Source: a virus. From it: DNA of 64,000 nucleotides. Location of the stretch: the IMG/VR virus record IMGVR_UViG_3300042882_000881, positions 1 to 64,000 of that record; one strand, written 5' to 3'. Made by a program: the position numbers and the translations under genes. Below the pieces are notes generated by a model that saw nothing but the letters and a program-made list of their open reading frames with translations, searched no databases and was not told the DNA's origin. Shown here piece after piece: positions 45,931-56,425 of this stretch (within the stretch, counting starts at the first letter, position 1; each line of letters opens with the position of its first letter).

Positions 45931-47609
45931 TGACAGAATGTGTTTCTTGTATAGGAGAATGTGAATTTCTAGGATGTAGTGTTCTAGGATTTAATGGAAC
46001 AATAGGATGGGGAACACAAGAAAGCTCTGTCAATATAGATTTAATAGAATATCAGTGTCCTCCTAATGAGATACAAATATTTCAAGGAACAAATCTAATC
46101 GGCTATCCAGTATATTTTCTTTGTGGAGATTTTTTCTTTGGAGGATTATTACAAAATTGGACATATACTCAAAACAGTGGTGGCAAAACATATAACGCTA
46201 GAGTAGTAGATCCTCGTCAAATTTTAGAACAATGTGTTCTTATAACAGATACTTATGCTGGTCCTCCTGTGAGAAGCCTTAATTATTTTGATGTTTATGG
46301 ATATTTTGAAGAGGACGTTTATCTAAACAAGAATTGTTCTTTATTTGGTACGGCAGAAGTTACTGAAAGAGGTATGCCATATACTAAAATAATGGAAGCT
46401 TTAAGGAATATGAATCCCACAATCTGTACTCCTGTGGGAGCCAATTTGGTTATTGATTGGTCAACATTTGATATTCCAGTTCCACAATATTTTAAAATAG
46501 CTGGTCCAAGTATTACAATATTACAATTAATATCTGACATATGCGATGAAGCAGGATATGATTTTTTTGTAACATTAGAACCGGGAAATATTGTTAGAAT
46601 CTATCCTGTTTCACTAAAAAGATATGATCCCATAGAAGATAATTTATTCTTTGGATTTGATAATATTATAGATTTTAGCTATGGTAAAGAATTAAGAATA
46701 ACTAAAACAAGGAATCTATTATTTGGTGAGCAACAACACTATCTTGATGTTATTCCGGCAGAAGATAATTTTGAATTTTATTTTGGAGAACATCCGGTAA
46801 CCAAACAACCAATAACACCATATAAGCGACAATATGGTCAGTTTTGGGTCAACATTGATATTAGAAAACTAAATGTTACTTTAGTAATGCCATTGCCTGT
46901 TGATTATCTTGATATATGCGAATATGACATAAGAACAGCTATGCACAGTGCAGAATCATTCTGGTCTTGGACTGAGAATACAAATACAGTATCAGAACTT
47001 GGTAAATTCATACAATCAACATATGGTACATTATATACTGCTGATAATATGATTGCTGCTGCTGATAAAAGTGCTGTTAATGTATTAAATGCAGTATCTG
47101 ATATAGCATCAATAGCAAATAGCGATAGAGCAAAATCAAATATATTAAATTGGCCACCAATAGCAGAAGATAAACAAAAAATACACGAATGGATAGCAGA
47201 ACTTGGAAGAACATATTATGGGCGCCAATATTTAGTTAAACTCAAAGAAAAAGTATGCATAAGACCTCATCCAGAAGAATTTGGTGAAAAAATGTATACT
47301 GATACTCCAACTAATGATGGAGGTTGGGTAGAACCAGGCATACCAGTTTTAGGATTAGATGATCCAGAATTAGATATGTTTAGAACTGATGATAGTAGAG
47401 TTGGAGCTATGGCACTATTTAGTGCTAGTGGAGACTGCTCATTAAGTGGAACATATAGTGGTAATGGTGGCGGAGAATATGAATACACACTAGGCAGCGG
47501 AGCAGAAATACCAGATGGTGGTGGAACACAATGTACAGATCCTAGCGGAAATCCATGTATTGGTGACCCATATCATCCAGATTATGTCCCAGGATGTGTT
47601 TGTCAATAA
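45930..47609 (+). CDS. Baseplate hub/tail-tip protein
   Basis: FLGCSV..GWG..S, FGGLLQNW, DPRQIL and ISDICDEAGYDFFV (hub-like); TGATG overlap gives a start at 45930. Confidence 0.6.
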   Translation: MTECVSCIGECEFLGCSVLGFNGTIGWGTQESSVNIDLIEYQCPPNEIQIFQGTNLIGYPVYFLCGDFFFGGLLQNWTYTQNSGGKTYNARVVDPRQILEQCVLITDTYAGPPVRSLNYFDVYGYFEEDVYLNKNCSLFGTAEVTERGMPYTKIMEALRNMNPTICTPVGANLVIDWSTFDIPVPQYFKIAGPSITILQLISDICDEAGYDFFVTLEPGNIVRIYPVSLKRYDPIEDNLFFGFDNIIDFSYGKELRITKTRNLLFGEQQHYLDVIPAEDNFEFYFGEHPVTKQPITPYKRQYGQFWVNIDIRKLNVTLVMPLPVDYLDICEYDIRTAMHSAESFWSWTENTNTVSELGKFIQSTYGTLYTADNMIAAADKSAVNVLNAVSDIASIANSDRAKSNILNWPPIAEDKQKIHEWIAELGRTYYGRQYLVKLKEKVCIRPHPEEFGEKMYTDTPTNDGGWVEPGIPVLGLDDPELDMFRTDDSRVGAMALFSASGDCSLSGTYSGNGGGEYEYTLGSGAEIPDGGGTQCTDPSGNPCIGDPYHPDYVPGCVCQ

Positions 47610-47619
47610 GGAGTAAATT

Positions 47620-50600
47620 ATGGCATATATACAATATCCTGGCGCAAAATGTGGACAGTTAGATTTAACAAAAATACCAATTGATGACTATTTGGTCATG
47701 GGTAATTCTGCTTGGGTAAGAGCATCCGTTGAGGAAAAGGTTTATTCTGCTGGTACTGACAGAGGCAAGGTAATATTTAAATTCAATGATCCGTGCGTTG
47801 TAACATTATGTCCAAATGATTTTATTGCTGGACAGAATATTGATGCTGCTAGCGAAGCGATAGTATTTGGTCTTAATGTTGCCAACATACCAAGTAATTC
47901 AGCTACTGAATATCAATCAAACTCAAAAACAGAATATTTTCAGGTAGACGCTAGTGATATTACAGTCTCATCTAAAAGAAGAGTAGATTCTGCAAATGCT
48001 AATCAATATAGTATGTTTCCTGCTGCTATTATGCCTTGTGCAGTTGCTGTTCCATTACGATCTAATATCAGACCATATGGTCCATATGCTACTAGTAATT
48101 TTCACAATAGTTGTGGCGGCATAAATGTTGAAGTAGATAAAGATATTGCTCCGTGGGTATTTGGCTCAGTAGACCTTATGAATACTGCTGCCATGATAAG
48201 ACTATCATCTATGGAAACTGATCCATTAGTAATTGGTACAACTGGTAGCGTAACTGTGCCATGTTTACCACAGGTTAGTCTTGGATATTCCATGTTGAGT
48301 GAGGGGCCAGTTTTAAATGGTCTTAGTGTTAATTTTGGTGCAGGAGGAGCATCAACAACATATTCATATCAAACTTTTACTCCAAAGTTCGGATCATTTT
48401 CTGCTAGTACATTAGATAGAATTAAATTAATAGCAAAAAATAGAAGAGAGCAATTAAAATTAATTAGGAATCAACAAATTCTTAATAATAGAATAGCCCG
48501 ACAAAGATCAAAGGTTGATTATAGATCAAATCCAATATTTACAAAACATGACGGTATTGCCAAACAAGCCTCTCTTCACAGAGTCTTTATTGGCGAAATG
48601 ATGGATTGGTGGAAAGACGTTAATTGTTCTGACGGAGTTGGTACTTGTAGCGGTTGTAGCAGTATTGCATTATATGGTCCTTATCAACCGGTATTAAGTA
48701 TTGCTTATGGAAATAGATTAAAATCTAGTCCTAATTTTCGTTCTGGGCCAATGGTTGAAGCAAGACATAATTCTCAGAGAACTGTTGTTGGTTCAGAAAC
48801 ATTAAGTAAACAAACATTAGAATTAAGATGGGACTATGAAAATAAAGCATTCATGAGTATGGATGGCTTACTTGGCCCAATATCAGTCAGTGGAGACGGC
48901 AATCTTCCTCAATATGCAAGATATAATCCAAAATGCCATAGACAAGCCCCATTATCACCACAGCCACCATTCGGTAAATGTTCAACTGTAACAAAAATTG
49001 AATGTAATGATGGATTTAGTAACCAAGGCTCACCAGTAGAGTCGTTGTACTATAATCAAAAAATAGAACAGAAGTTTGAAAATCCTGTTCAAAATCCAAC
49101 AAGTTGCCACCACCATTTGGGCACAGTTCATGGACATATTATTGATATTTTAGGAAGAAAGAAAAGTATCTCTGATCATATGATCATGAATCTGCATAGC
49201 AATCAAGATTATGCTGAAGATTATAGATTCCTAGGATTAAGAGGACCATTAGTATTACACAGTTGGGGATATGATACTTGGGGCAAACCAATACCAAACG
49301 AAGCAGATGTTGAAGCTGATGCTATGGATGGTATATTTAAAGAAGAAAATCTAAAAGATAGATTCTTCTGTGAATGGTTATCAAAGCCAGCAACATGGCC
49401 AGTTGGTCCTATTGATTTAAGATTTGATAGAGACAGAGGAGTTTGGGTTGCTCCACCACAAGACTATAAGGTTATTGTTGTTGAATTAATTCAAAACTTG
49501 GAACCATTTGGTACAGCATTAGCTCAATTAATTAATAAAGATAATGAAGCAAATAAAGATTATGGTCCTAAGCTATGGGACTTTGAAGGTAATGAAATAC
49601 ATGCTACTTCAGACTCATCATCTGATTATGTAGTTACTGTAGAAGATAGAATTAAAGCATCTTATAAGTGTGGCACAAGATTATATGCTCATTATGATAC
49701 ATACTCTTGTAAGTATATAGTATTTGGTCAAGTTCCACCTACTGAAACAACAGATATCATCAGATTCAGATTATACGATAATGCTTGTGCTCCAACAGGT
49801 AGTGGAGTTTGTGATTGGAAAGAATATGCTGGATACAGAGATAAGTTTTTAAATAATCATACTTTTGGAGTTCGTATTAATTGCGATGGTGCTCCAATAG
49901 ATATTGATAAAAAAGTAATTGGACAAGCTGATATAGAAAATACACAAAAGAAACAGCAAGTTCTTGTTAACCTATATGATACTGCTGGTCAACATGGTCC
50001 AGCATATGCACTATATACAACATACGAAGAATGGAAAGAAAAAGCTCATACTGGTTTTGCAGCAAGAATATTTGGATCTAGTCAACCCAATATAGCTCCT
50101 AGCGGACAACAATCTTCTCACGTTTGCGGAGATTGTATTCCTGAAAGTGGATCATCAGTATCTGAATGTGAAGAACTTTGTATAACATTTACTGAAAACG
50201 AAACTCCAGAGCAGGGCAGAGACGAGGTATCTTCATGTGCTTGCACAATGGGATCCACAGAGTGTGGATGTCCAGACCCCAATTTGCCAAACTATGATAT
50301 ACTATTCTTAGAAGGATATGCTAGATTTATACATGCTACACTATTAGAAGATTTATATCCATCTGCTTGTGGAAATAAAACTACTTCTTTTAGTTCAAGC
50401 TGCCCATGTGGAACTGCTGCTGCAAATATAGATGGTGAATTATTCTACGGCAATAGTCCAAATGGTCGTAAGCCAACATTCTATACATCATCAGGACAAA
50501 CCGAATTTAGAATTTTTGATCCATTTCAAGATAGAGAATTCCATAGTCCATTTAAGGATTTAAAAGCAGGACATAGAGTTTTAGCAATTTTTAATGAAAA

Positions 50601-52659
50601 AGAGAAAAAATATTATATATATCAATCACAAACTTTAGATAAATTTATTAAGTTTGCATTAATAGAAGATAAAAAAACTGTTAATCAAATTTGTACAAAA
50701 GCAATTAGAGTTGATAAATTTAATAGACCCATTAATTCTGATGGTAAATTAATACTATCTGATAGTGAATTAGAAGCTCATAAAATTGTAGTTGTAGACC
50801 CAATAGCTGAAAAAGCCTCTTTATATCAACAGTCTCTAAATTTCTCTACTTTAGGTCCAGCTCTAGGATCGTCAAAATATATAGATCATTATAATGGAGA
50901 AACTTTATATAGCTATAATAGAGGAAGTTATAGTGGTAGCATTATTAAACCATTCACTGGCTATGCAAAATATAGAGATACTCCATGCTCAGATGATTGT
51001 GATAATTGTAGTGGACTATCTCCAAATTTACCATCTTATGATATAGTAACATTAGAAAATTTTGCTAATTTTATTGAGTTTGAAGCAGCAGAAGACATAA
51101 TAGCCTGTAATGGTAAAGGTCCATTATGTTCATATTCACCACCACATTATGCTGCTAATTTTTATCATTATTATGATGGTACAGTTCCTGTTGGTCGTAA
51201 GCATACAGAAGGATCTTATCATCATGATAGATTAGTTAATATTAATATATATGATGTTATACCAGACACTGAAGAATATAAAAAGCGTCCAAGTTATATT
51301 GTTGGTGAAATAGTAGGAAATCTCGGACAAGGCTGCAAAGGTATAGCAAAATTAGATTCGAGAAAATCTACCACTGACGAATTAATATATAATATTGTTG
51401 ATGCTCAAACACAAGCATTATTTGGTAAATTTAAAGTGCTTGATTGCACAGGGGCTGGACAATTAAATAATGAATGTGAAGCTTTTAATGACGTTCAATG
51501 TGATCCTAAGCACGTTAGACTATATTGGTTTGGCGGAGGTTTTGAATGGAGTGAAGACGATCCATTAACATGTGCTAGAAGAGGCAATGTTAAAATTATT
51601 AATAAGCATGAGTGGTGCGGCAAGTGGTATCATGAACCATCAAACCATAATGGATCAGTTATTAATACTGATTTAGATGAATATTATATTGATGATGCTT
51701 ATCCAATAGCAAATGTCAAATTTGGCACATACGATGGATGTGGTGTTCCATCAGGATGTGAAGATGCTTGTGATTATCTGGATGGTATTCATCCAACCTG
51801 TTGTCACCCAACTAGTGAAAATTGCATAGGTCCATTCTTATCTTATTCTGGTGCTCAATATGTGGCACAATGGAATGAAGATTCTGCACAATACAATATA
51901 ATAAATGCAGAAGAATCTCCAATTTTAATAGAAGGAACATTATTAAATAATATTGGATGTTGTGTCGGGAATGCTGATGTTGAAGTATATGCAGCAACCA
52001 ATAATGAGGATGGCTTAGAAGCAGAACCAATTAAAACGCTTGTACATAGTTGTGAAAATCCAAGAGGTTGGTGTGGTAATGCTGGAGATCAAATAGTAAT
52101 ACATAGAAGACAAGTTAATAACTGTTATACATATAAAGTATTGAGTATTGGTAAAGTATGTACTCCTGGAGCATCTGTTGAGAGCGGTAATTGTTTATTA
52201 GGACCAACAGAAACTCCTCATGAAATAGCCGGTTGTGATTATAGATATTTTAATGCTAGAATTGAATGTTTCCCAGGATTTGACGAGAGCATAACACAAC
52301 AACTTATGCATGGAAAAGGCTTTGGTTTGATGTGGGAAAAGATTCAATCTTACCAAACAAGAGTAATTCATGGTTGCTGGAATGGATCATCAATTAGCGT
52401 ACAAGGATTTTCTGGCTATGATGGTAAAGATAGTAATGGTAATTCTATTATTGGTCAATCTATAGGAGTAACTAATCCAAATTCTTGCTGTAATTCTGAA
52501 TGTGGAGAAGGTTCTGTATTTAGTGTTCCAGAAGGAGGAACAGCATGGGCCACAGCAACATATATGAATACTGCAAGCGGATGCTTTTGGACATTAACTA
52601 ATGCTGAATGCTGTAATTCTTGCGCCTTCTCAGGATGTGATGAATGTGAAGAATGTTAA
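47620..52659 (+). CDS. Large Cys-rich tail-tip/central fibre protein
   Basis: AGGAG RBS; YGPY, APW.FG, LRGPLVLHSWGYD and GPIDLRFD..RGVW; internal duplication. Confidence 0.6.
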   Translation: MAYIQYPGAKCGQLDLTKIPIDDYLVMGNSAWVRASVEEKVYSAGTDRGKVIFKFNDPCVVTLCPNDFIAGQNIDAASEAIVFGLNVANIPSNSATEYQSNSKTEYFQVDASDITVSSKRRVDSANANQYSMFPAAIMPCAVAVPLRSNIRPYGPYATSNFHNSCGGINVEVDKDIAPWVFGSVDLMNTAAMIRLSSMETDPLVIGTTGSVTVPCLPQVSLGYSMLSEGPVLNGLSVNFGAGGASTTYSYQTFTPKFGSFSASTLDRIKLIAKNRREQLKLIRNQQILNNRIARQRSKVDYRSNPIFTKHDGIAKQASLHRVFIGEMMDWWKDVNCSDGVGTCSGCSSIALYGPYQPVLSIAYGNRLKSSPNFRSGPMVEARHNSQRTVVGSETLSKQTLELRWDYENKAFMSMDGLLGPISVSGDGNLPQYARYNPKCHRQAPLSPQPPFGKCSTVTKIECNDGFSNQGSPVESLYYNQKIEQKFENPVQNPTSCHHHLGTVHGHIIDILGRKKSISDHMIMNLHSNQDYAEDYRFLGLRGPLVLHSWGYDTWGKPIPNEADVEADAMDGIFKEENLKDRFFCEWLSKPATWPVGPIDLRFDRDRGVWVAPPQDYKVIVVELIQNLEPFGTALAQLINKDNEANKDYGPKLWDFEGNEIHATSDSSSDYVVTVEDRIKASYKCGTRLYAHYDTYSCKYIVFGQVPPTETTDIIRFRLYDNACAPTGSGVCDWKEYAGYRDKFLNNHTFGVRINCDGAPIDIDKKVIGQADIENTQKKQQVLVNLYDTAGQHGPAYALYTTYEEWKEKAHTGFAARIFGSSQPNIAPSGQQSSHVCGDCIPESGSSVSECEELCITFTENETPEQGRDEVSSCACTMGSTECGCPDPNLPNYDILFLEGYARFIHATLLEDLYPSACGNKTTSFSSSCPCGTAAANIDGELFYGNSPNGRKPTFYTSSGQTEFRIFDPFQDREFHSPFKDLKAGHRVLAIFNEKEKKYYIYQSQTLDKFIKFALIEDKKTVNQICTKAIRVDKFNRPINSDGKLILSDSELEAHKIVVVDPIAEKASLYQQSLNFSTLGPALGSSKYIDHYNGETLYSYNRGSYSGSIIKPFTGYAKYRDTPCSDDCDNCSGLSPNLPSYDIVTLENFANFIEFEAAEDIIACNGKGPLCSYSPPHYAANFYHYYDGTVPVGRKHTEGSYHHDRLVNINIYDVIPDTEEYKKRPSYIVGEIVGNLGQGCKGIAKLDSRKSTTDELIYNIVDAQTQALFGKFKVLDCTGAGQLNNECEAFNDVQCDPKHVRLYWFGGGFEWSEDDPLTCARRGNVKIINKHEWCGKWYHEPSNHNGSVINTDLDEYYIDDAYPIANVKFGTYDGCGVPSGCEDACDYLDGIHPTCCHPTSENCIGPFLSYSGAQYVAQWNEDSAQYNIINAEESPILIEGTLLNNIGCCVGNADVEVYAATNNEDGLEAEPIKTLVHSCENPRGWCGNAGDQIVIHRRQVNNCYTYKVLSIGKVCTPGASVESGNCLLGPTETPHEIAGCDYRYFNARIECFPGFDESITQQLMHGKGFGLMWEKIQSYQTRVIHGCWNGSSISVQGFSGYDGKDSNGNSIIGQSIGVTNPNSCCNSECGEGSVFSVPEGGTAWATATYMNTASGCFWTLTNAECCNSCAFSGCDECEEC

Positions 52660-52671
52660 TAGGACTATAAT

Positions 52672-53418
52672 ATGCCATCTCAATTAGGAAACTGTAACTG
52701 CTGTAAATGTGACGATTGTAGATGCAAGGTGATACTATATAAATGTGGAGGATCATGGGCCCCAGCTCCCACTGTTAAATGCGGCAGAAACAGCGTTAGT
52801 GGTCGATTTGTGTTTGAGAATTCTGCCGATTGCGGAGGCTGCAAGTGTTGTGTACAAGAAGGCTGCACAGTAAGTAAAATTTGTTTAGATAAAACATATG
52901 TTTTTAAATTTAGAGTATATGGTCATCTAGAAACATCTAGAGCCGGTATGCATATTGGAGAAATATATTATAGAAAAATATGCTGTAATGGAAAAAAGAA
53001 ATCATGGAAAAGAGTAGTACATGTAGAATCTGAAGGAGGAGGACTTCCATGTTGTAAGAGTAGACCAGTTGATGTTTGTAAAATAAAATTAGCTAGAGGA
53101 AAATATGAATTTAAATTTAAAGCTAATTCTGTAGATGGTTTGGATCATTGTGGCAATTTTTTACAATATGATGTTAAGTGGTGCAAAAATGTGATAGGTA
53201 AAAGTTGCTGTCCTACCTTACCAGGTATGGAAGAAGTATCAGATTTTTGTTGTTCTGTCACAAACAATCCATGTTGTCCTCCTCCTACATGTATACCATT
53301 AGGTAAATGCAATCAGGAGGATCCATCTTGCGATGAATGTCCTCCTGGCTGCGGCACAGATCCATGCGTAGCACACGGATGGATTATAATTCCATGTGAC
53401 AGTGTTAATCTTGCTTAG
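52672..53418 (+). CDS. Very Cys-rich protein (about 34 Cys in 248 aa), probable tail-tip component
   Basis: Last gene of the structural operon; CNCCKCDDCRC N-terminus and many CC pairs. Confidence 0.65.
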   Translation: MPSQLGNCNCCKCDDCRCKVILYKCGGSWAPAPTVKCGRNSVSGRFVFENSADCGGCKCCVQEGCTVSKICLDKTYVFKFRVYGHLETSRAGMHIGEIYYRKICCNGKKKSWKRVVHVESEGGGLPCCKSRPVDVCKIKLARGKYEFKFKANSVDGLDHCGNFLQYDVKWCKNVIGKSCCPTLPGMEEVSDFCCSVTNNPCCPPPTCIPLGKCNQEDPSCDECPPGCGTDPCVAHGWIIIPCDSVNLA

Positions 53419-53728
53419 GCGTATACTTGTGCCAGCCCTTATTTGATAGATAGTTACCAGCATCATCCTTACGCTTTGGAAATAATGTTCCACCCTTCTT
53501 GTGCTGACCAAATCCTAATATTGCCCCACACTCAGCACATCTGAGTTCAAAGTAGTCATTTCCATCAACATTTCTAACAACAAACTTTAGATTTGTGCTT
53601 CCGCACATTCCACACTTTTCTTCTCCAAAGATTTCTTGTATAGAAGCTAACTCTTTGAATAATTCCTTTTGGCCCGCGCCCTCTAATTCAAATTCTAATC
53701 TATCTCCAACTTTATATTTAACTTTCAT
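53405..53728 (-). CDS. Zinc-ribbon protein
   Basis: CGMC and CAEC; AGGAG RBS. Confidence 0.75.
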   Translation of the reverse strand: MKVKYKVGDRLEFELEGAGQKELFKELASIQEIFGEEKCGMCGSTNLKFVVRNVDGNDYFELRCAECGAILGFGQHKKGGTLFPKRKDDAGNYLSNKGWHKYTPKQD

Positions 53729-53738
53729 TATTTACTCC

Positions 53739-54452
53739 TTATTTCCACGAGGGGTTATATGACTTGACACTATCTGGTATAGTAGTCATATCTTGTTGAT
53801 AAGCAGTTAATTTTTGCACTATTTCTACCGCTTTATCATGTTCTATAGTATAAATCTTAGATGACTCTATATCCATACTATTTAATAGTTTAACAACATC
53901 AATGTCCAATCGTTTTGATATTACATCAATAAAATTAATTTGATTATTATTAATCTTATTTATATTATGACCATTAATATCATCTTCAATATCTTTAGAT
54001 AATTCTTCTGCAGCAACAACTTTTCTTAACTTTAATGCTCTTCTTAAAGCTCTTCCTTCTGCTCTTGTTTCTGCTACAGCAACAGGATGATTTCTATAAA
54101 TCTTGTCACAGTTGCCCCAATAAACATCTGCTGCTCCACTCACAGTTCGCTTATTTAAAAGTGACTTGTCTTGATCGTCAGAATTTAAAATAAAGCCTAG
54201 TGTGTGAAGCACGGTGGCTCTCTTATCATTATTATTGTCCGGACTCTGAACAACTTCGCTTGTGGACTCAACAACCGTACAATTTAGTGCAATTTCAAAT
54301 ATTCTTCTTAAGCCATCTGTTGTTGGATTACCGGCTATTTTTTCATCATCAGATAATAAACTTAGCACATGATCAGTCCATTCCAGACTATTAGGTGTTA
54401 CAGTTTGAATATCTTTTTCTTCCACTTTTGTTTTTTTAACTGGCGCCATCAT
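53739..54452 (-). CDS. Putative single-strand annealing protein (Rad52/Sak-like)
   Basis: GAAD...AVAETRAEGRALRRAL...AEEL. Confidence 0.6.
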   Translation of the reverse strand: MMAPVKKTKVEEKDIQTVTPNSLEWTDHVLSLLSDDEKIAGNPTTDGLRRIFEIALNCTVVESTSEVVQSPDNNNDKRATVLHTLGFILNSDDQDKSLLNKRTVSGAADVYWGNCDKIYRNHPVAVAETRAEGRALRRALKLRKVVAAEELSKDIEDDINGHNINKINNNQINFIDVISKRLDIDVVKLLNSMDIESSKIYTIEHDKAVEIVQKLTAYQQDMTTIPDSVKSYNPSWK

Positions 54453-54458
54453 TTCTTC

Positions 54459-55652
54459 TTAGTCTCCATCTAAACTTGGGGTTACGTTTTGGTTATCAAT
54501 TAAATCTAAACAATCTTCACAATTTTGTAAACTTTCATCAGAATCTAATTCGTATTGGCTATACCTAAATGGTATACAGAACCCAGCATTATGCCATTTT
54601 ATAAAGTATACAGCTCCTAGTAGGTTAACATTTGTTACTGGTAAGTTAGCTGCCTTATTATCGCATGAGTAGTTATATTTATGTATTGGATCAGGATGAG
54701 TAGTTCGTCTTATGTTAGGCATCATTGTTTGGTGCCATAAGATTAGATCTGCATAATAATCATTAACTGCTACTGTATTCAAAAAGCTTGTGTATTGAGC
54801 ATTTGTAACCAGTGTGGGCCTCATGTTAAATCCAACATTAACGTAGCCATTTCCATAATTATCTGGTTGTATTCGTGGAACCTGAATAAAATCTTCTTCT
54901 TCACAAGGCTCAGAAGCTGATGGACAATAATCCTCATATCCAGTATCTATTATAGGATGAAGACAGAAAAAAATACCTTTATCAGGACACTGTATGCAAT
55001 AGGGATGGTAGTTTGGGTGGCCTCCTTCACAAGTTGTTGATCCCCACCTAAATCCTAATCTTGGACCTCTTGTATGTAAACCATCATGCTTAGGATATAT
55101 GTCAGATCCTCTACCGTGACCAAATATTGCTCCAAACTCAAAAAATGTATCACCAGGGAATAAAGCCCATTCTTGAACTCCAACCATTCCTATATCACCA
55201 ATACCATATTTTGATGCTGATGATCCAGTTTCAATATTAGCAGTTACACAAGATTGTCCAGTTGGAGTTTCTAACAATCCTCTAAATGGATTTGTTCCAG
55301 ATGGACATAATGATAGTTCTTGTTCTGATGCATACGTTCTACATCCCTGACTATCTGTGTAATAAGCCCATGTTCCCTGACCAGGATTAGCATTATAGAA
55401 TTCGTCTACAGTACCACCCTCTGGGACCTCCAAAGAAGAAGCAAAATTATTCCATTCATATATAACTTCTATAAGATTCTGATTAGGTTTTTCTACTATA
55501 GAATAACCACCATAATAAAAAGCTTTCGTCAGCGTGTTAATATCTGGTAAAAAACACACATGAGAATGTGAACATTCTATACAAGGAAATCTTTCAGCAT
55601 AACCTTCATCATTCCTGGGACATCCTCCACTATCTAAGGCTGGGTTTGCCAT
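54459..55652 (-). CDS. Divergent FGE/SUMF1-fold (C-type lectin-like) protein, circularly permuted
   Basis: LP....KAFYY, SKYG..D....QEW and LGFR precede VTNAQY..FLN and PVTNV...W. Confidence 0.65.
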   Translation of the reverse strand: MANPALDSGGCPRNDEGYAERFPCIECSHSHVCFLPDINTLTKAFYYGGYSIVEKPNQNLIEVIYEWNNFASSLEVPEGGTVDEFYNANPGQGTWAYYTDSQGCRTYASEQELSLCPSGTNPFRGLLETPTGQSCVTANIETGSSASKYGIGDIGMVGVQEWALFPGDTFFEFGAIFGHGRGSDIYPKHDGLHTRGPRLGFRWGSTTCEGGHPNYHPYCIQCPDKGIFFCLHPIIDTGYEDYCPSASEPCEEEDFIQVPRIQPDNYGNGYVNVGFNMRPTLVTNAQYTSFLNTVAVNDYYADLILWHQTMMPNIRRTTHPDPIHKYNYSCDNKAANLPVTNVNLLGAVYFIKWHNAGFCIPFRYSQYELDSDESLQNCEDCLDLIDNQNVTPSLDGD

Positions 55653-55654
55653 AA

Positions 55655-56425
55655 TCAGTACTCCACAATATTTTTATTAGATTGCATATTTTTGATTAAA
55701 AAGGGCTTTATATTTTGATATAAAAGATACGCCCTAGTTTCTGAGAAATCACAAGACTGCTTGACTCTTAATATTGATATTCCTTTTCCTATCAATAAAC
55801 CTTCTTTTTTTAAGTCATATTTTTGATTTCTTGATAATGATTGATCGCCCCAAATATTCTCAAAATGAGATGGGCCGTCAACCTCTATCGCCAGATTTAT
55901 ATTAGGAAGAAACAGGTCAATCTGCAACTTGGTATTTGATAAGATATGTTCTTTGTGGAAATCTACCTTGTGTCCATCTTCTATCAGTTTTACCAACAAA
56001 TATTTCTCTAATTTTGACCCTACCTTACTACTCTCTCTAACTGCTCTATTAGCTTTACTTATCATTTCTTGTTTTTCATCTTCACTTTTCTTATTCCAAT
56101 TATCTCTGGCTTTTTCTTTCCTAGAGTCCAAATCCTCATCAGATAAATTTTTCCAATTTTCTAATATCGATAATCCTATTTTATGTTTAGTCTCCGATGA
56201 TCTTTCTGTTCCTTTTGTTGGATGTTTATGTGTTCCAACTGATATAGCATTAGATTGAGCCTCACTCTTTGATCGTACATTAACTCCTAATCTTTTAGCA
56301 TCTCTTCTGATCTTGTTAGCATATGTACTATATTCTTTTGCTATAATCTGGAAGCTTTTCTTATTTTCAATATATTCTTTATTTATAATTTCTATTTTCT
56401 TATCATCAGATAAATTTTCATACAT
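55655..56425 (-). CDS. DUF559/Vsr-like endonuclease with NUMOD3-like repeats (homing-endonuclease-like)
   Basis: SSETKHKIG; SKLE, IDLF, IEVDGPSH, D..K; start at 56425 overlaps the upstream gene. Confidence 0.8.
   Translation of the reverse strand: MYENLSDDKKIEIINKEYIENKKSFQIIAKEYSTYANKIRRDAKRLGVNVRSKSEAQSNAISVGTHKHPTKGTERSSETKHKIGLSILENWKNLSDEDLDSRKEKARDNWNKKSEDEKQEMISKANRAVRESSKVGSKLEKYLLVKLIEDGHKVDFHKEHILSNTKLQIDLFLPNINLAIEVDGPSHFENIWGDQSLSRNQKYDLKKEGLLIGKGISILRVKQSCDFSETRAYLLYQNIKPFLIKNMQSNKNIVEY

Noticed and set aside
19413-55652. Diversity-generating retroelement suggested by Mtd_N-like and FGE-fold genes
   Set aside because: No reverse transcriptase and no TR/VR pair differing at adenines was seen in this window.
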